The notes beneath the pieces are model-generated. The model was not told the origin of the DNA and made no database searches. It was given only the letters and a program-made list of their open reading frames with translations. Shown here in pieces: positions 29,156 through 38,290 of a stretch of DNA of 39,118 nucleotides. The stretch is from Escherichia phage KKE5P. The translations under genes and the position numbers were made by a program. How positions within the stretch are numbered: position 1 is the first letter of the stretch; every line of letters begins with the position of its first letter. The stretch lies in the sequence record PQ356293.1; one strand, given 5' to 3'.

Positions 29156-29746
29156 TTACCTCCCCGTCTTGGTTCCTTTAGCGGCAACAATAGGTGCCTT
29201 ATTTGTTGACTTAGAATCGAACGCCCCAGATGCGTAAGAACTCGCAGCGGCAGACCCCATGATAGCCAGAGGGTCAAGAACCATCTGTAGCTTACTCTTC
29301 TGTTTCTGTTCGCCCTTGTAGATTTCGTCAATCTGGCTTGCAGCACTTTGAGTGCCACCAAGTTGCTGTGCGAAGATTGCTTGGTAGTCACGGCGATAGT
29401 TCTCAGTTACCATGTTGGCTTCCCGAATGAACTGACCCTCCGTGACCCGCTTAATGCGGTCCATTGAGGCACCTTCGAGCATACTCTCTCCGATAGCCGC
29501 TCGGATTGACCCCATAGCCTGAACCTTCTGCATGTTCTGAGAGGTCAACTCAGAGGACGCTTCCTCAAGGCGACTTCGAGCTTGCAACGATAGGTCAGCA
29601 TTCTGGATGTTCGTCTGCTTCATGATTTCCATAGCTTGACGACGACCCGCAGAGGTCTGAGCGGCAATCATTTTGGCCTGAGTGTTCTGACCACTAATAG
29701 CCTGAGCCCCAGCCAATGCGATTGGAATTGCAGCCATCCAACACAT
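29156..29746 (-). CDS. 14: Internal core protein gp14, 196 aa
   Basis: MCWMAAIPIALAGAQAISGQNTQAKMIAAQTSAGRRQAMEIMK... Confidence 0.95.
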   Translation of the reverse strand: MCWMAAIPIALAGAQAISGQNTQAKMIAAQTSAGRRQAMEIMKQTNIQNADLSLQARSRLEEASSELTSQNMQKVQAMGSIRAAIGESMLEGASMDRIKRVTEGQFIREANMVTENYRRDYQAIFAQQLGGTQSAASQIDEIYKGEQKQKSKLQMVLDPLAIMGSAAASSYASGAFDSKSTNKAPIVAAKGTKTGR

Positions 29747-29750
29747 ATGG

Positions 29751-30167
29751 TTATCCTCCTTTCGTTATTGTGAATAGTTGAAATTGACCATCTAATGTGT
29801 ACTCTTCGTGGAATACCGCACCGATAGTCTTGAGGAAACGAATGTGGGACGTATTGCCTACCCATACGTAATTCCAAAGAGTATCATACTTCTCAAGCAT
29901 CTTATCGCGATACTCCATGATTAACTTACGGAACTCTCGCTTAGCTTTTCCACTAAGTCGCCACACTTGGTCACTCGTAACGAACCAGCACTGGTCCCCG
30001 CAGTTACCGCCGATAGCTAGAGGGAACCCATGTAGGCTCAACGTGACACACTCGGAAGCATCAGGGAATCTCGGCTCAATACCAGCAGCCTTAGCTTCAA
30101 GAATGTCATGGTGAGCCGGAGTGAATACCTCAAAGTCTGTACTTTTAGTAGGTCTTATAATCATCAT
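29751..30167 (-). CDS. 13: gp13 virion assembly protein, 138 aa
   Basis: MMIIRPTKSTDFEVFTPAHHDILEAKAAGIEPRFPDASECV... Confidence 0.9.
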   Translation of the reverse strand: MMIIRPTKSTDFEVFTPAHHDILEAKAAGIEPRFPDASECVTLSLHGFPLAIGGNCGDQCWFVTSDQVWRLSGKAKREFRKLIMEYRDKMLEKYDTLWNYVWVGNTSHIRFLKTIGAVFHEEYTLDGQFQLFTITKGG

Positions 30168-30194
30168 AAGAAAACCCTCCCGTAGTCGTATTGT

Positions 30195-30217
30195 TCTCCC
30201 TATAGTGAGTCGTATTA
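30195..30217 (-). promoter_or_regulatory. T7-RNAP promoter phi13 within R13-like inverted repeat
   Basis: Promoter-sense taatacgactcactatagggaga flanked by gttctccct / agggagaac. Confidence 0.85.
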
Positions 30218-30247
30218 ATTTCGAGCCACCACAGGGAGAACATTCAA

Positions 30248-32635
30248 TTAAATACCGGAACTTCTCCGTAAGTAGTTACCTTCCCAGCCACATCCAATGA
30301 TGTTCAGCGGGGTAGTCTCATCAGACAAGACGGACACTGTATTGTACTTGGCGTTACCAACCACAGGGAATCGGTATTGTCCGGTCCCTAAGTTCAATCG
30401 CCCAGCCCTCAGAGTGTTAGAGCCTAAGCGAGCACCAGCCATTGTGTACTTCCAGTTGGACGATTGGTTCTCAACATAAATAGTGAACGCCCCAGAGTTC
30501 TCATAGTTCACCCACGCTCGGCGTAACTGCAAGCGCCCAATGTCTTCCGTGGAGGTAGACCCATCGTCGGCAGTTTGCTTGATGAGGAACTTAGAGAACT
30601 CGTAGACGAAGTTGATGTTGAATCCAATGTACACCATTCGACCCTCCAAGTTACCGTCGAGTCTCAACCAAGGGTCGCTTTGCCACCCATCCGAAGGTTG
30701 CTCAAATACAGTTATCTTGCCGTCAGGCTCCAGTACAGTGATTTTACCCCTCCCGAAGTTTGCACCATCATAGATTGTTGGTAGGTGAACCGAGGTAGTG
30801 AAGGTGTCATCGTTGTATGTTCCACTGGGAATCGTATAGCGAATCTTCATGTCCATAAAGGCACGATACGGTTCGCCTTGTAAGTCAATGGCGTTCTTAG
30901 TGAAAGAGACTTTAGCTAGGAACGTATTGAACTCATTGCGCAGAATCACATACATGTCCGAGTTGATACTCTGGCAAGCTAGAACCTGCACGTTTTCCCC
31001 AAAGTCCCAATGAGACCACGACTGTTGTCTTAACTCTTCGTTCAGATACAGGAATTTGTACATGAAGATTTTACTAGGGTCCCCGTGAGATAGTACAGAA
31101 CAGAAGTTTTCCGTACCACTACCGCAAATACTAAACACACCATTTGGGATGTAGTTAGGAACGTGTGCTGTGATGTCCTCCGCGTTCTTAACGGAACTGA
31201 CATCCTGCACAGCGTAGTATCTGTGGATGGACGTGTAGCTGGACCTCGGACTAGCAAAGTAGACATTACGCCCGATACCATAAGGTCTCGCTCGGTCCTG
31301 TACGTCAAACTGAGTCGTTAGGTTCAACTCAACCGACTTCGACGTGAGAGTACCAGAAGCGGTCAGGACGAATTGTGCTTCATCGGACCAGATGAGTAAC
31401 TCTTCTGAGAACGGAACGGCGTACTTGAGGACTGCTATTCGGTTGGTACTCACAGCTACGTCTATAGGGTCGTCATCACTAAGGTTCGCAACGGACGCAG
31501 GGTAGAAGTTGAAGTATTTGGCTGTACGACTCAATACGATGTTCTCCCCACTAAGGAATCCTAAGCGGTTACGGAAGAAGAACACATCGTTAATACTTGA
31601 GTCAACAAAAGAAGGCCAAGGGTTGGTGTCAGTGTCACCACAAGACTTAGGAGACCACTCAAGCCACTTGAAGTCGAAATTACCGTCAGAGGCTCGCACA
31701 AGAGCGTGTGGCATAGTTTCCCATAGGACTTGGCTATCAGTGTTCCAACCCAAAGTCTCAGCCCAAACTTTCCTCTCAGCGTCATACTTAACATAATACT
31801 GGTCGGCAGACCTAGAGGCGTCCCCTACGATTTTCACCATGTAGCCGTTAGGGGCATTAGGTGGCAACTTAGAGAACGACTGAGCGTAGTGGGTCACAGG
31901 GTTAATCAACTGGTCTGCGTATCCATCTTTAGTCGTGAAGGAGTCAATCTGTTGACCACTAGGTGCGGTAACGTGTATGAACCCTTGCCCCACAGCTACA
32001 TCCCATCCAGACAAGTTAGTTCGCATCTTCTTGGCTAACTCTTCGGCTAACCACTGGGCATCCGTATTGTTCACGTGTGCCGGTTGACTACCATCTGGGA
32101 TTTTATACTTCGCAACATCTTTACCGTTAATGTGTACAATTAGTTCCCTACCATACTGACCACCACGAACGTTAATCAACCCGTCTTGCTTAGGGTTGTA
32201 ATTCGGTAAGTTGACAGACGTTGTGTCCTTCTGTACAACAACGTTGCGGTTAACGATGAACGTATAATCTGCTACAGTAACCATTCGCAGGTCGCTACGT
32301 GGGTTAGCGGTCTTGATGTAGTCGGAACCGTTAGGATACCTAACTTGCTTCTCGTTCCCAGCGAGGTCGAACACTCGGATATCACTACCAGTGAACACAG
32401 CATAATACTGCTCGCTTTCATCACGATTAATCAGGTGGATGTACGGAGCTTGGCCTAACGCATCACTGTCTCCAAGTGTCTTAAGGAAAACCATTGGTGG
32501 ACGCTTTTGGAGGCCCTCGGTCTCCGAAGACCAACCGTTAACTTGGCGTGACCCTTGGTCTGGATAACGAAGGATGTCAGGCTGTTGGCTGATACCACCC
32601 TTCAAGTTCTTGATTGATTGGCTAATGAGTGCCAT
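30248..32635 (-). CDS. 12: Tail tubular protein B gp12, 795 aa
   Basis: MALISQSIKNLKGGISQQPDILRYPDQGSRQVNGWSSETEGLQKRPP... Confidence 0.97.
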   Translation of the reverse strand: MALISQSIKNLKGGISQQPDILRYPDQGSRQVNGWSSETEGLQKRPPMVFLKTLGDSDALGQAPYIHLINRDESEQYYAVFTGSDIRVFDLAGNEKQVRYPNGSDYIKTANPRSDLRMVTVADYTFIVNRNVVVQKDTTSVNLPNYNPKQDGLINVRGGQYGRELIVHINGKDVAKYKIPDGSQPAHVNNTDAQWLAEELAKKMRTNLSGWDVAVGQGFIHVTAPSGQQIDSFTTKDGYADQLINPVTHYAQSFSKLPPNAPNGYMVKIVGDASRSADQYYVKYDAERKVWAETLGWNTDSQVLWETMPHALVRASDGNFDFKWLEWSPKSCGDTDTNPWPSFVDSSINDVFFFRNRLGFLSGENIVLSRTAKYFNFYPASVANLSDDDPIDVAVSTNRIAVLKYAVPFSEELLIWSDEAQFVLTASGTLTSKSVELNLTTQFDVQDRARPYGIGRNVYFASPRSSYTSIHRYYAVQDVSSVKNAEDITAHVPNYIPNGVFSICGSGTENFCSVLSHGDPSKIFMYKFLYLNEELRQQSWSHWDFGENVQVLACQSINSDMYVILRNEFNTFLAKVSFTKNAIDLQGEPYRAFMDMKIRYTIPSGTYNDDTFTTSVHLPTIYDGANFGRGKITVLEPDGKITVFEQPSDGWQSDPWLRLDGNLEGRMVYIGFNINFVYEFSKFLIKQTADDGSTSTEDIGRLQLRRAWVNYENSGAFTIYVENQSSNWKYTMAGARLGSNTLRAGRLNLGTGQYRFPVVGNAKYNTVSVLSDETTPLNIIGCGWEGNYLRRSSGI

Positions 32636-32658
32636 TAGAGCCTCCTTATTTATTACTA

Positions 32659-33249
32659 TTAGCGAGTCAGTAGACCAGAAGTGAACGCATCGCCATCCAG
32701 CATATTGTACCCACCGTAGTCCACTTCGTACTCCATGCAGAGACGTCGAGCCTCATCTTCCTCTTCTTGGAGTACACCCTCTACTTCTGGTGCCCCAAAG
32801 AATCGGTTGTTGAACTGACGGGAAGCCTTAGTGACAATCCAGTAACGGAAGCACTCAGGCATCTCGTCGTAGTCTCGGAGACGAATAATGTTCACGGTAA
32901 TACCCGACTCAAAGCGGTCTGATTGACTCGTTCGGTCATACACATAGCCACCTCGGTTAACGTAGATGGATTGACCGGAAGTAGCCATTAGTGATAAATA
33001 ATCATCACTGTATACAATCAGGTTGGAGTAAACATCAGGCAATAGCGTTACGCCTTCCTCAATGTTGAACGTCCACCCACGAGACTGAATCTGTCTGTTA
33101 ATCTTGTTGAGAATACGACGAGCGTTCGCTACATCCGCGTTAGCATCACCTTCCAGCGTTGATACCGGAGGTTCTCCGATAGATGCCAGAATGTCGTTCA
33201 CAGCGGATAACTCAGCGGCAGTCTCAACGTTCATATCGTATGAGCGCAT
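32659..33249 (-). CDS. 11: Tail tubular protein A gp11, 196 aa
   Basis: [66 protein letters not shown]... Confidence 0.95.
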   Translation of the reverse strand: MRSYDMNVETAAELSAVNDILASIGEPPVSTLEGDANADVANARRILNKINRQIQSRGWTFNIEEGVTLLPDVYSNLIVYSDDYLSLMATSGQSIYVNRGGYVYDRTSQSDRFESGITVNIIRLRDYDEMPECFRYWIVTKASRQFNNRFFGAPEVEGVLQEEEDEARRLCMEYEVDYGGYNMLDGDAFTSGLLTR

Positions 33250-33264
33250 ATAGTTCCTCCTTTA

Positions 33265-33315
33265 AGCAAAAAAACCCCTCAAGACCCGTTTAGAGGCCCC
33301 AAGGGGTTATGCTAG
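33265..33315 (-). terminator. T7-RNAP late terminator Tphi
   Basis: Phage-sense ctagcataaccccttggggcctctaaacgggtcttgaggggttttttg. Confidence 0.85.
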
Positions 33316-34505
33316 TTATTGCTCAGCGGCGGCGGCAGCCAACTCAGCTTCCTTTCGGGCTTTGTTAGCAGCGCGTGTGCGTGCGGCCTTCTGTGCTGGC
33401 GTTAAGGTTTCTTCGGTTGAAGTAACACTCACCTCTTCGGGACTAGCAGCGACCGTTGAGGCCACTCCCAGCATTACTCCCCCGCGAAAACCACCGCACC
33501 AGCAGCTTCTGGGCGCAGACCACCGTGGCCCATCGCGTACTTAGCGATAATCTGGTCCGCTTGGAAGTTAGCGCGGCGAGCACGCTCAAGAGCCAAGTCA
33601 CGCAGCTTCACAGTACCTACCGCAGATCGGTGCATGAACAGGCCGATAACGTTGTCCTTAGCAACCTTGTCATTACCACTAGCGGTGGCAGGGAAGGCGT
33701 GCTTCTGGCCCTCCGTATCCTCACGGGTAGTACCAGCGCCACCAGCGGTGAGGTGTGGGACCTCTACAACCTCAAAGCCCATAACGTTGCGGATAGAACC
33801 CTTCTCAGGGTCAATCAGAGCAGCGTAGTTTGCAGCGTTCGGCATCAGTGCTGCCAGAATCGCAGAGTAGCTATCTGGGTCACAGTAGAACACACGGTCA
33901 GCAGCCGGAACGTAGTTCTTGGTCAGGGCAGCGCGAGCCTTGGTCAGAGCCGCGATAATCTCCTTACCCAGAGCTACTTGGTCGGCAATTGCAGCCTTGG
34001 CCTGAGTGGTCTCAATAACAGTGGCAGAGCCTAGACCAGAAATGTTCTCATTAGTGGTGCTCGCCAAGTTGCACAGTCCGGCAATCTCAGCCAGAACCGC
34101 ACCATCAGCAGCCATCGCCAGAGATTCACCTAACTGAGAGGTGTACTCAGAGCGAACGTCGTAGTGGTTCATCGCGTCCTCAATGTCGTAAATCAGAACG
34201 TCAGCCGTCAGGAGACCATCAATGGTGATTACCTTCTCGGTGTGTTTGATGTCTTTACGTTTATCGTCGAGGTTCTCACCCGGAGCCAGATACGCTGCCT
34301 GAGTACGACCCAGCACAGGGAACTGAGCGGATTTACCACTGGAGATGGAACGAACCATGTGGCGAGAAGTGGTCACAGAGGTACGTGCGAATGCGGTCAG
34401 AACTTCGCCACCGAATACTTTCAGGAACAGCGCCAGTTTGTCGGAACCGCTCGCACCTTTACCTTGGTTAGTACCCAGTTGCTGTCCACCAGTCATGTTA
34501 GCCAT
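33316..34505 (-). CDS. 10B: Minor capsid protein gp10B via -1 frameshift near 33486..33492
   Basis: GGTTTTC about 10 nt before 10A stop; -1 frame continues GVMLGVASTVAASPEEVSV...AAAAAEQ to stop at 33316..33318. Confidence 0.55.
33474..34505 (-). CDS. 10A: Major capsid protein gp10A, 343 aa
   Basis: MANMTGGQQLGTNQGKGASGSDKLALFLKVFGGEVLTAFARTSVTTSRHMVRSISSGKSAQFPVLGRTQAAY... Confidence 0.99.
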   Translation of the reverse strand: MANMTGGQQLGTNQGKGASGSDKLALFLKVFGGEVLTAFARTSVTTSRHMVRSISSGKSAQFPVLGRTQAAYLAPGENLDDKRKDIKHTEKVITIDGLLTADVLIYDIEDAMNHYDVRSEYTSQLGESLAMAADGAVLAEIAGLCNLASTTNENISGLGSATVIETTQAKAAIADQVALGKEIIAALTKARAALTKNYVPAADRVFYCDPDSYSAILAALMPNAANYAALIDPEKGSIRNVMGFEVVEVPHLTAGGAGTTREDTEGQKHAFPATASGNDKVAKDNVIGLFMHRSAVGTVKLRDLALERARRANFQADQIIAKYAMGHGGLRPEAAGAVVFAGE

Positions 34506-34563
34506 ATGTATGTCTCCTTCTTAAAGTTAAACAAGAATGATTTCTAGAGGGAAACCGTTGTGG

Positions 34564-34586
34564 TCTCCCTATAGTGAGTCGTATTA
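34564..34586 (-). promoter_or_regulatory. T7-RNAP promoter phi10
   Basis: Promoter-sense taatacgactcactatagggaga followed by ccacaacggtttccctctagaaat...aaggagacatacatATG. Confidence 0.9.
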
Positions 34587-34598
34587 ATTTAGAGTCTA

Positions 34599-35522
34599 TC
34601 AGAAGTTCGAATCGATTACTTTCTGTTCGACTTGACGACGATAGTTGGCATCCGTGCGATACCGAGGGTCACTCATAGCTTTAATCATCTCGCTACGGTC
34701 CGCAAATCCCTCACGCTTGGTAGCCTGAGGTTTAGCCGGAATAGCACGATTGGTCACACTACGAGTTGGCTTACGACCAAACGCCTTAGCGCGAGACTCA
34801 CCAGCCAAGTTGATGATGGCCTTAACGGTCGCTAAGTCACGATTGGTCAACGCATTGTCCAGCGACTGTGCAGCTTCAGGGTTGTGCGTCTCAAGGTGAT
34901 TGTACAGCGCGTCAAAACGTTCACGACCACCAGCGTACTCAATGACACTGTTTACGTACTGCTCCACCAGAGCCTCTTGACCGCGAATGTACGAGTCAAT
35001 GAAAGCCTTCGTGTAGCCAATTTCAGCCAGCTTAGCGTAGGACTCAGCGGACAACTCTTCGTTCTCCTCGTACTCACGCTGGATAGCCTCAATTGTCTCA
35101 GCACTCATGCCACGCTCGGCAGCAATGTTAATCATCTCTTGGAAGCCCTCTTCGTGCTCACCAAGTTGCTCAGAGGCGGCTACCAGTTCTTCTGGAGTCT
35201 CACCCAGTGGGGTAAACTCTTCGGAACCCTCGGTGTCATCAAGGTCTTCTTCTCCAGCGTCCACATCGGTCGGCTCAGAGCCATCGCCAATGCGAACCTG
35301 AATGCGACCCTCGTCGTCCTCTTGACCGAATGGGTCAGCGTTGTCATACAGGTCACGTTCAGTTTCCGCTTCGTCGGACGCTAACTCGATTGCATCATCG
35401 CCATCACGGGCAGCAACATCAAGAGCCAGCATATTCTGCTCATGTTCCTCAACGGAACCACCAGACATCACAGCGGAGTTCACGCCAAAAGATGCATATA
35501 CGTCTGCATTAGATTCAGCCAT
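34599..35522 (-). CDS. 9: Scaffolding protein gp9, 307 aa
   Basis: MAESNADVYASFGVNSAVMSGGSVEEHEQNMLALDVAARDGDDAIELASDEAETERDLYD... Confidence 0.95.
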   Translation of the reverse strand: MAESNADVYASFGVNSAVMSGGSVEEHEQNMLALDVAARDGDDAIELASDEAETERDLYDNADPFGQEDDEGRIQVRIGDGSEPTDVDAGEEDLDDTEGSEEFTPLGETPEELVAASEQLGEHEEGFQEMINIAAERGMSAETIEAIQREYEENEELSAESYAKLAEIGYTKAFIDSYIRGQEALVEQYVNSVIEYAGGRERFDALYNHLETHNPEAAQSLDNALTNRDLATVKAIINLAGESRAKAFGRKPTRSVTNRAIPAKPQATKREGFADRSEMIKAMSDPRYRTDANYRRQVEQKVIDSNF

Positions 35523-35601
35523 TATTATTGTCTCCTTAAAGTTGAACTACAGGAAGACCGAGGACTCCAACCTCTTGTCACCGCTCATTTCAAAGATGAG
35601 G

Positions 35602-35624
35602 TCTCCCTATAGTGAGTCGTATTA
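35602..35624 (-). promoter_or_regulatory. T7-RNAP promoter phi9
   Basis: Promoter-sense taatacgactcactatagggaga overlapping gene 8 stop. Confidence 0.85.
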
Positions 35625-37232
35625 AATGCCCGGCTGTAAACCTACGGAATCAGCGGCAGCAGCCATAGCCTCAGGAGAAGCTGTAGCCTGTGCAGCCATA
35701 CCTTGACCAAGCGCAGCAGCACCATTGTCCATACCCATTTGCATAGCCTGTTGTGCCATCTGCTGTTGCTTCTGTTCTTCGGTGAGAAGAATGCCAGAAG
35801 TATCAATACCGATAGCGTTGGCAATGCGCAACTTAATCATCGCAAGGTTAATATCAGGGTCATCCCTCATCGGCGCTAGTGCAGCCCACGCAGCAACACA
35901 CCGCTCCAGCTTATCAAGGTCTTGTCCTCGACCGATTGCTTCCAGACCTGTACTAATGGTTGGCTCTACAGCTTCCTTAGGTAACTCAGGAATCTGTTGC
36001 GTGGCTTGTAGTTGCTTCAAGAGCACTCGTACCAGAGGCAATTGTAATTCTTGAGAAAGGATGGAGTAGACACCACCTAAAGTATCTTCAAGTTCAGAAG
36101 CGACATACCGAATCTCTTCGGCGGTCACACGTTCCCCTGTACGCTGAACCGCAGAGTTCAACATAAAGGCAAACGAAAGGCGAGCCTCAATAGCGTCACT
36201 GACGGCCTTGGCTACAGTAAAGTCTGCTTGCTTCTCCAGTTGGAGGAACGAGATGTCTTCTGGGCGACCAGTAACGAAGTCCCCAGTCTGAGCCTTGGTC
36301 AGTCGGCGTGGCTGGGTAATACCAGCAGGGTTCACTAAGCCGATAACCTTAGAGCTAATCATTGACATCTTAACGATAGCCTCTTGGAGATTCTCAAGGG
36401 ACCGTAAGTCACCCAAGTATTCCTCAATGTACGAACGACCATAGGATTCGCCGTCCAGACGAACCATCCGAATCGGGATGTACGGACAAGCCTCTTTAGG
36501 GTAAGTTCCATCGGAGCCTTGTACCTCCATGCCCTCGACCTCTTCGTATCGGAGGTATTCACCAGAGTCCTCATCCAGATAGATGTGAGTGTACACGTCG
36601 ACGGTCTCATCAGCTTTCTTCTCACCACCTTGACCTTCTACAGCCTTACGGATGTCCTCAGGGAGAGCGCCAAAAGCTATCTGGTCACGAGTCACCATTT
36701 GCAGAACGTTGCCGAATGCGTCTCGTTGGACCACATAAGAAGACAATCGGTACAGCTTCATGGGATTGTAGTTTGACCCTTCTGGTTCCGGTAGGTACAG
36801 CAGGACGTTACCCGCTACGACTAACTGCTTGAGAGCCTCAAAGAGAGTCACTCGGTAACTGTTAGACTCAATGTAGTTCATGATGATACGCTCTACCATC
36901 GATAGACCCTCATCAACCTTAGCGAGTCCATCGGGGTCGTTCAGTAACTGTTTTGCCTCATACTCAGAGATGGTCAGCTTCATCCACGTTTGCATCGGGA
37001 AGAGGGCCAACATGAGCTTAGAGGCCAAGTTATTGAGACCGCGAGCACCCACAGCTTGCCACGGAGTCGTGTAGTCTGTGGATGAGTTATCGGAATCCTT
37101 AGGGAAGAGGGACGGAATGGTGTACTGAGCGCAGTTTTGAGCACGAGTCTCGTAAGGAGCGCGGTCGTTCTTCAATCGGTCATAAACGGACTTCGCGCCT
37201 TCCTCGGCTAGACCTGTACGCTTCTCAGCCAT
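35622..37232 (-). CDS. 8: Portal (head-tail connector) protein gp8, 536 aa
   Basis: MAEKRTGLAEEGAKSVYDRLKNDRAPYETRAQNCAQYTIPSLFPKDSDNSSTDYTTPWQAVGARG... Confidence 0.98.
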   Translation of the reverse strand: MAEKRTGLAEEGAKSVYDRLKNDRAPYETRAQNCAQYTIPSLFPKDSDNSSTDYTTPWQAVGARGLNNLASKLMLALFPMQTWMKLTISEYEAKQLLNDPDGLAKVDEGLSMVERIIMNYIESNSYRVTLFEALKQLVVAGNVLLYLPEPEGSNYNPMKLYRLSSYVVQRDAFGNVLQMVTRDQIAFGALPEDIRKAVEGQGGEKKADETVDVYTHIYLDEDSGEYLRYEEVEGMEVQGSDGTYPKEACPYIPIRMVRLDGESYGRSYIEEYLGDLRSLENLQEAIVKMSMISSKVIGLVNPAGITQPRRLTKAQTGDFVTGRPEDISFLQLEKQADFTVAKAVSDAIEARLSFAFMLNSAVQRTGERVTAEEIRYVASELEDTLGGVYSILSQELQLPLVRVLLKQLQATQQIPELPKEAVEPTISTGLEAIGRGQDLDKLERCVAAWAALAPMRDDPDINLAMIKLRIANAIGIDTSGILLTEEQKQQQMAQQAMQMGMDNGAAALGQGMAAQATASPEAMAAAADSVGLQPGI

Positions 37233-37246
37233 GTGTCACCTCCTGT

Positions 37247-37543
37247 TTAAATGTTGATGCCGCCACCAGCGCTACGAGCCACACTCAAGGACTTCTTACC
37301 GCCAGCGCGAGCTTTCTTACGTCCGCTTTCGGTCTGTGCTTCGTCCTCAGTGGAAACCTCTTTCTCTGGTACGTCAACAATCTGTGCAGCAGGAGTGGCC
37401 TGTGCTTGAGGGACCTCTACAACCTGAGCGCCACCATCTGCACCTACTGCACCAGCAAGACCCTTAGCTACCTGCTTTACTGGCTTGGTGACCTGTTTTA
37501 CCACTTTCTTTACGGCCTTCTTGATTTTCTTAAATAAACCCAT
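37247..37543 (-). CDS. 7.3: gp7.3 tail-associated protein, 98 aa
   Basis: MGLFKKIKKAVKKVVKQVTKPVKQVAKGLAGAVGADGGA...SVARSAGGGINI. Confidence 0.85.
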   Translation of the reverse strand: MGLFKKIKKAVKKVVKQVTKPVKQVAKGLAGAVGADGGAQVVEVPQAQATPAAQIVDVPEKEVSTEDEAQTESGRKKARAGGKKSLSVARSAGGGINI

Positions 37544-37569
37544 GAGTTATACCTCCTCTTAGATGGTTA

Positions 37570-37821
37570 TCACTTCTTGCCAAAAGCTGATTTGCGAATG
37601 GCAGACTTCGTGCGGCTTGATGCTTGATACTTCTCCACAGAGTTGTCCCTGTCTACTTTTAAGGACTTGCGCCCAGACATCTCAGAACCTTCTGTCTCCA
37701 TATCGTCACTCGAACCGCCGAACTCAACACTTGACACCTCCTGAGTCAGTGGTGCAGGTTCTACCGCACGTACCTGATTCGTGTCAATCTTTGGCGTCTT
37801 AATCTTTGGTGAGAAACACAT
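37570..37821 (-). CDS. 6.7: gp6.7, 83 aa
   Basis: MCFSPKIKTPKIDTNQVRAVEPAPLTQEVSSVEFGGSSDDMETEGSEMSGRKSLKV...; track ORF trimmed to ATG 37819..37821. Confidence 0.85.
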   Translation of the reverse strand: MCFSPKIKTPKIDTNQVRAVEPAPLTQEVSSVEFGGSSDDMETEGSEMSGRKSLKVDRDNSVEKYQASSRTKSAIRKSAFGKK

Positions 37822-37825
37822 AAGG

Positions 37826-38080
37826 TCAATCCTCCCCATCGTCTCTTAGTTGTTCCTTGCGCAACTCAATCTCGTCAATGATGTTAGAGGCATACTGTAG
37901 GCCCTGAATGAAACCCAAGATGTGAGCTTCACTACAGCCACTAGCACGCATAAATCCTATATGACCAGACGCTTCGAGGTACGCGTGGTTGAATCGAACC
38001 TGTAGATACTCAGCGGTTGCACGAGGTACATCTGGAATATCGTTAGGGTTCTTAAGTAAATGGTTAATAGGTGTTAACAT
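37826..38080 (-). CDS. 6.5: gp6.5, 84 aa
   Basis: [57 protein letters not shown]...; track ORF trimmed. Confidence 0.85.
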   Translation of the reverse strand: MLTPINHLLKNPNDIPDVPRATAEYLQVRFNHAYLEASGHIGFMRASGCSEAHILGFIQGLQYASNIIDEIELRKEQLRDDGED

Positions 38081-38095
38081 AATACGATTCCTCTT

Positions 38096-38190
38096 AGAGT
38101 TAAATCTTAAAGTAATAATCATAAAGGCCCCTATCTCCCTATAGTGAGTCGTATTAATTTAGGGACCTTGAGTTTATCACTTAGAGTCTT
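38096..38190 (-). promoter_or_regulatory. RNase III-type imperfect hairpin bracketing phi6.5 (R6.5-like)
   Basis: gtaataatcataaaggcccct ... agggaccttgagtttatcac flank the promoter. Confidence 0.45.
38127..38149 (-). promoter_or_regulatory. T7-RNAP promoter phi6.5
   Basis: Promoter-sense taatacgactcactatagggaga (exact consensus). Confidence 0.85.
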
Positions 38191-38290
38191 GTAACGCCTT
38201 GATTATTCGGGCTAAGTCCCAAAGGCCCCACGCAATGAGGCACATTCCGAGGGCACAAAGACCAATGCCAATATATGCTACGGCCTCCAC
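38177..38290 (-). CDS. 6.3: gp6.3, 37 aa (apparent GTG start overlapping gene 6 end)
   Basis: Hand translation (M)EAVAYIGIGLCALGMCLIAWGLWDLARIIKALQDSK; AAGGAG 8 nt upstream. Confidence 0.5.
   Translation of the reverse strand: MEAVAYIGIGLCALGMCLIAWGLWDLARIIKALQDSK

Noticed and set aside
34505-34590. Sequence resembling the promoter and RBS cassette of T7 expression vectors
   Set aside because: This is the native phi10 / gene 10 leader in its natural genomic context, flanked by phage genes 9 and 10; not vector contamination
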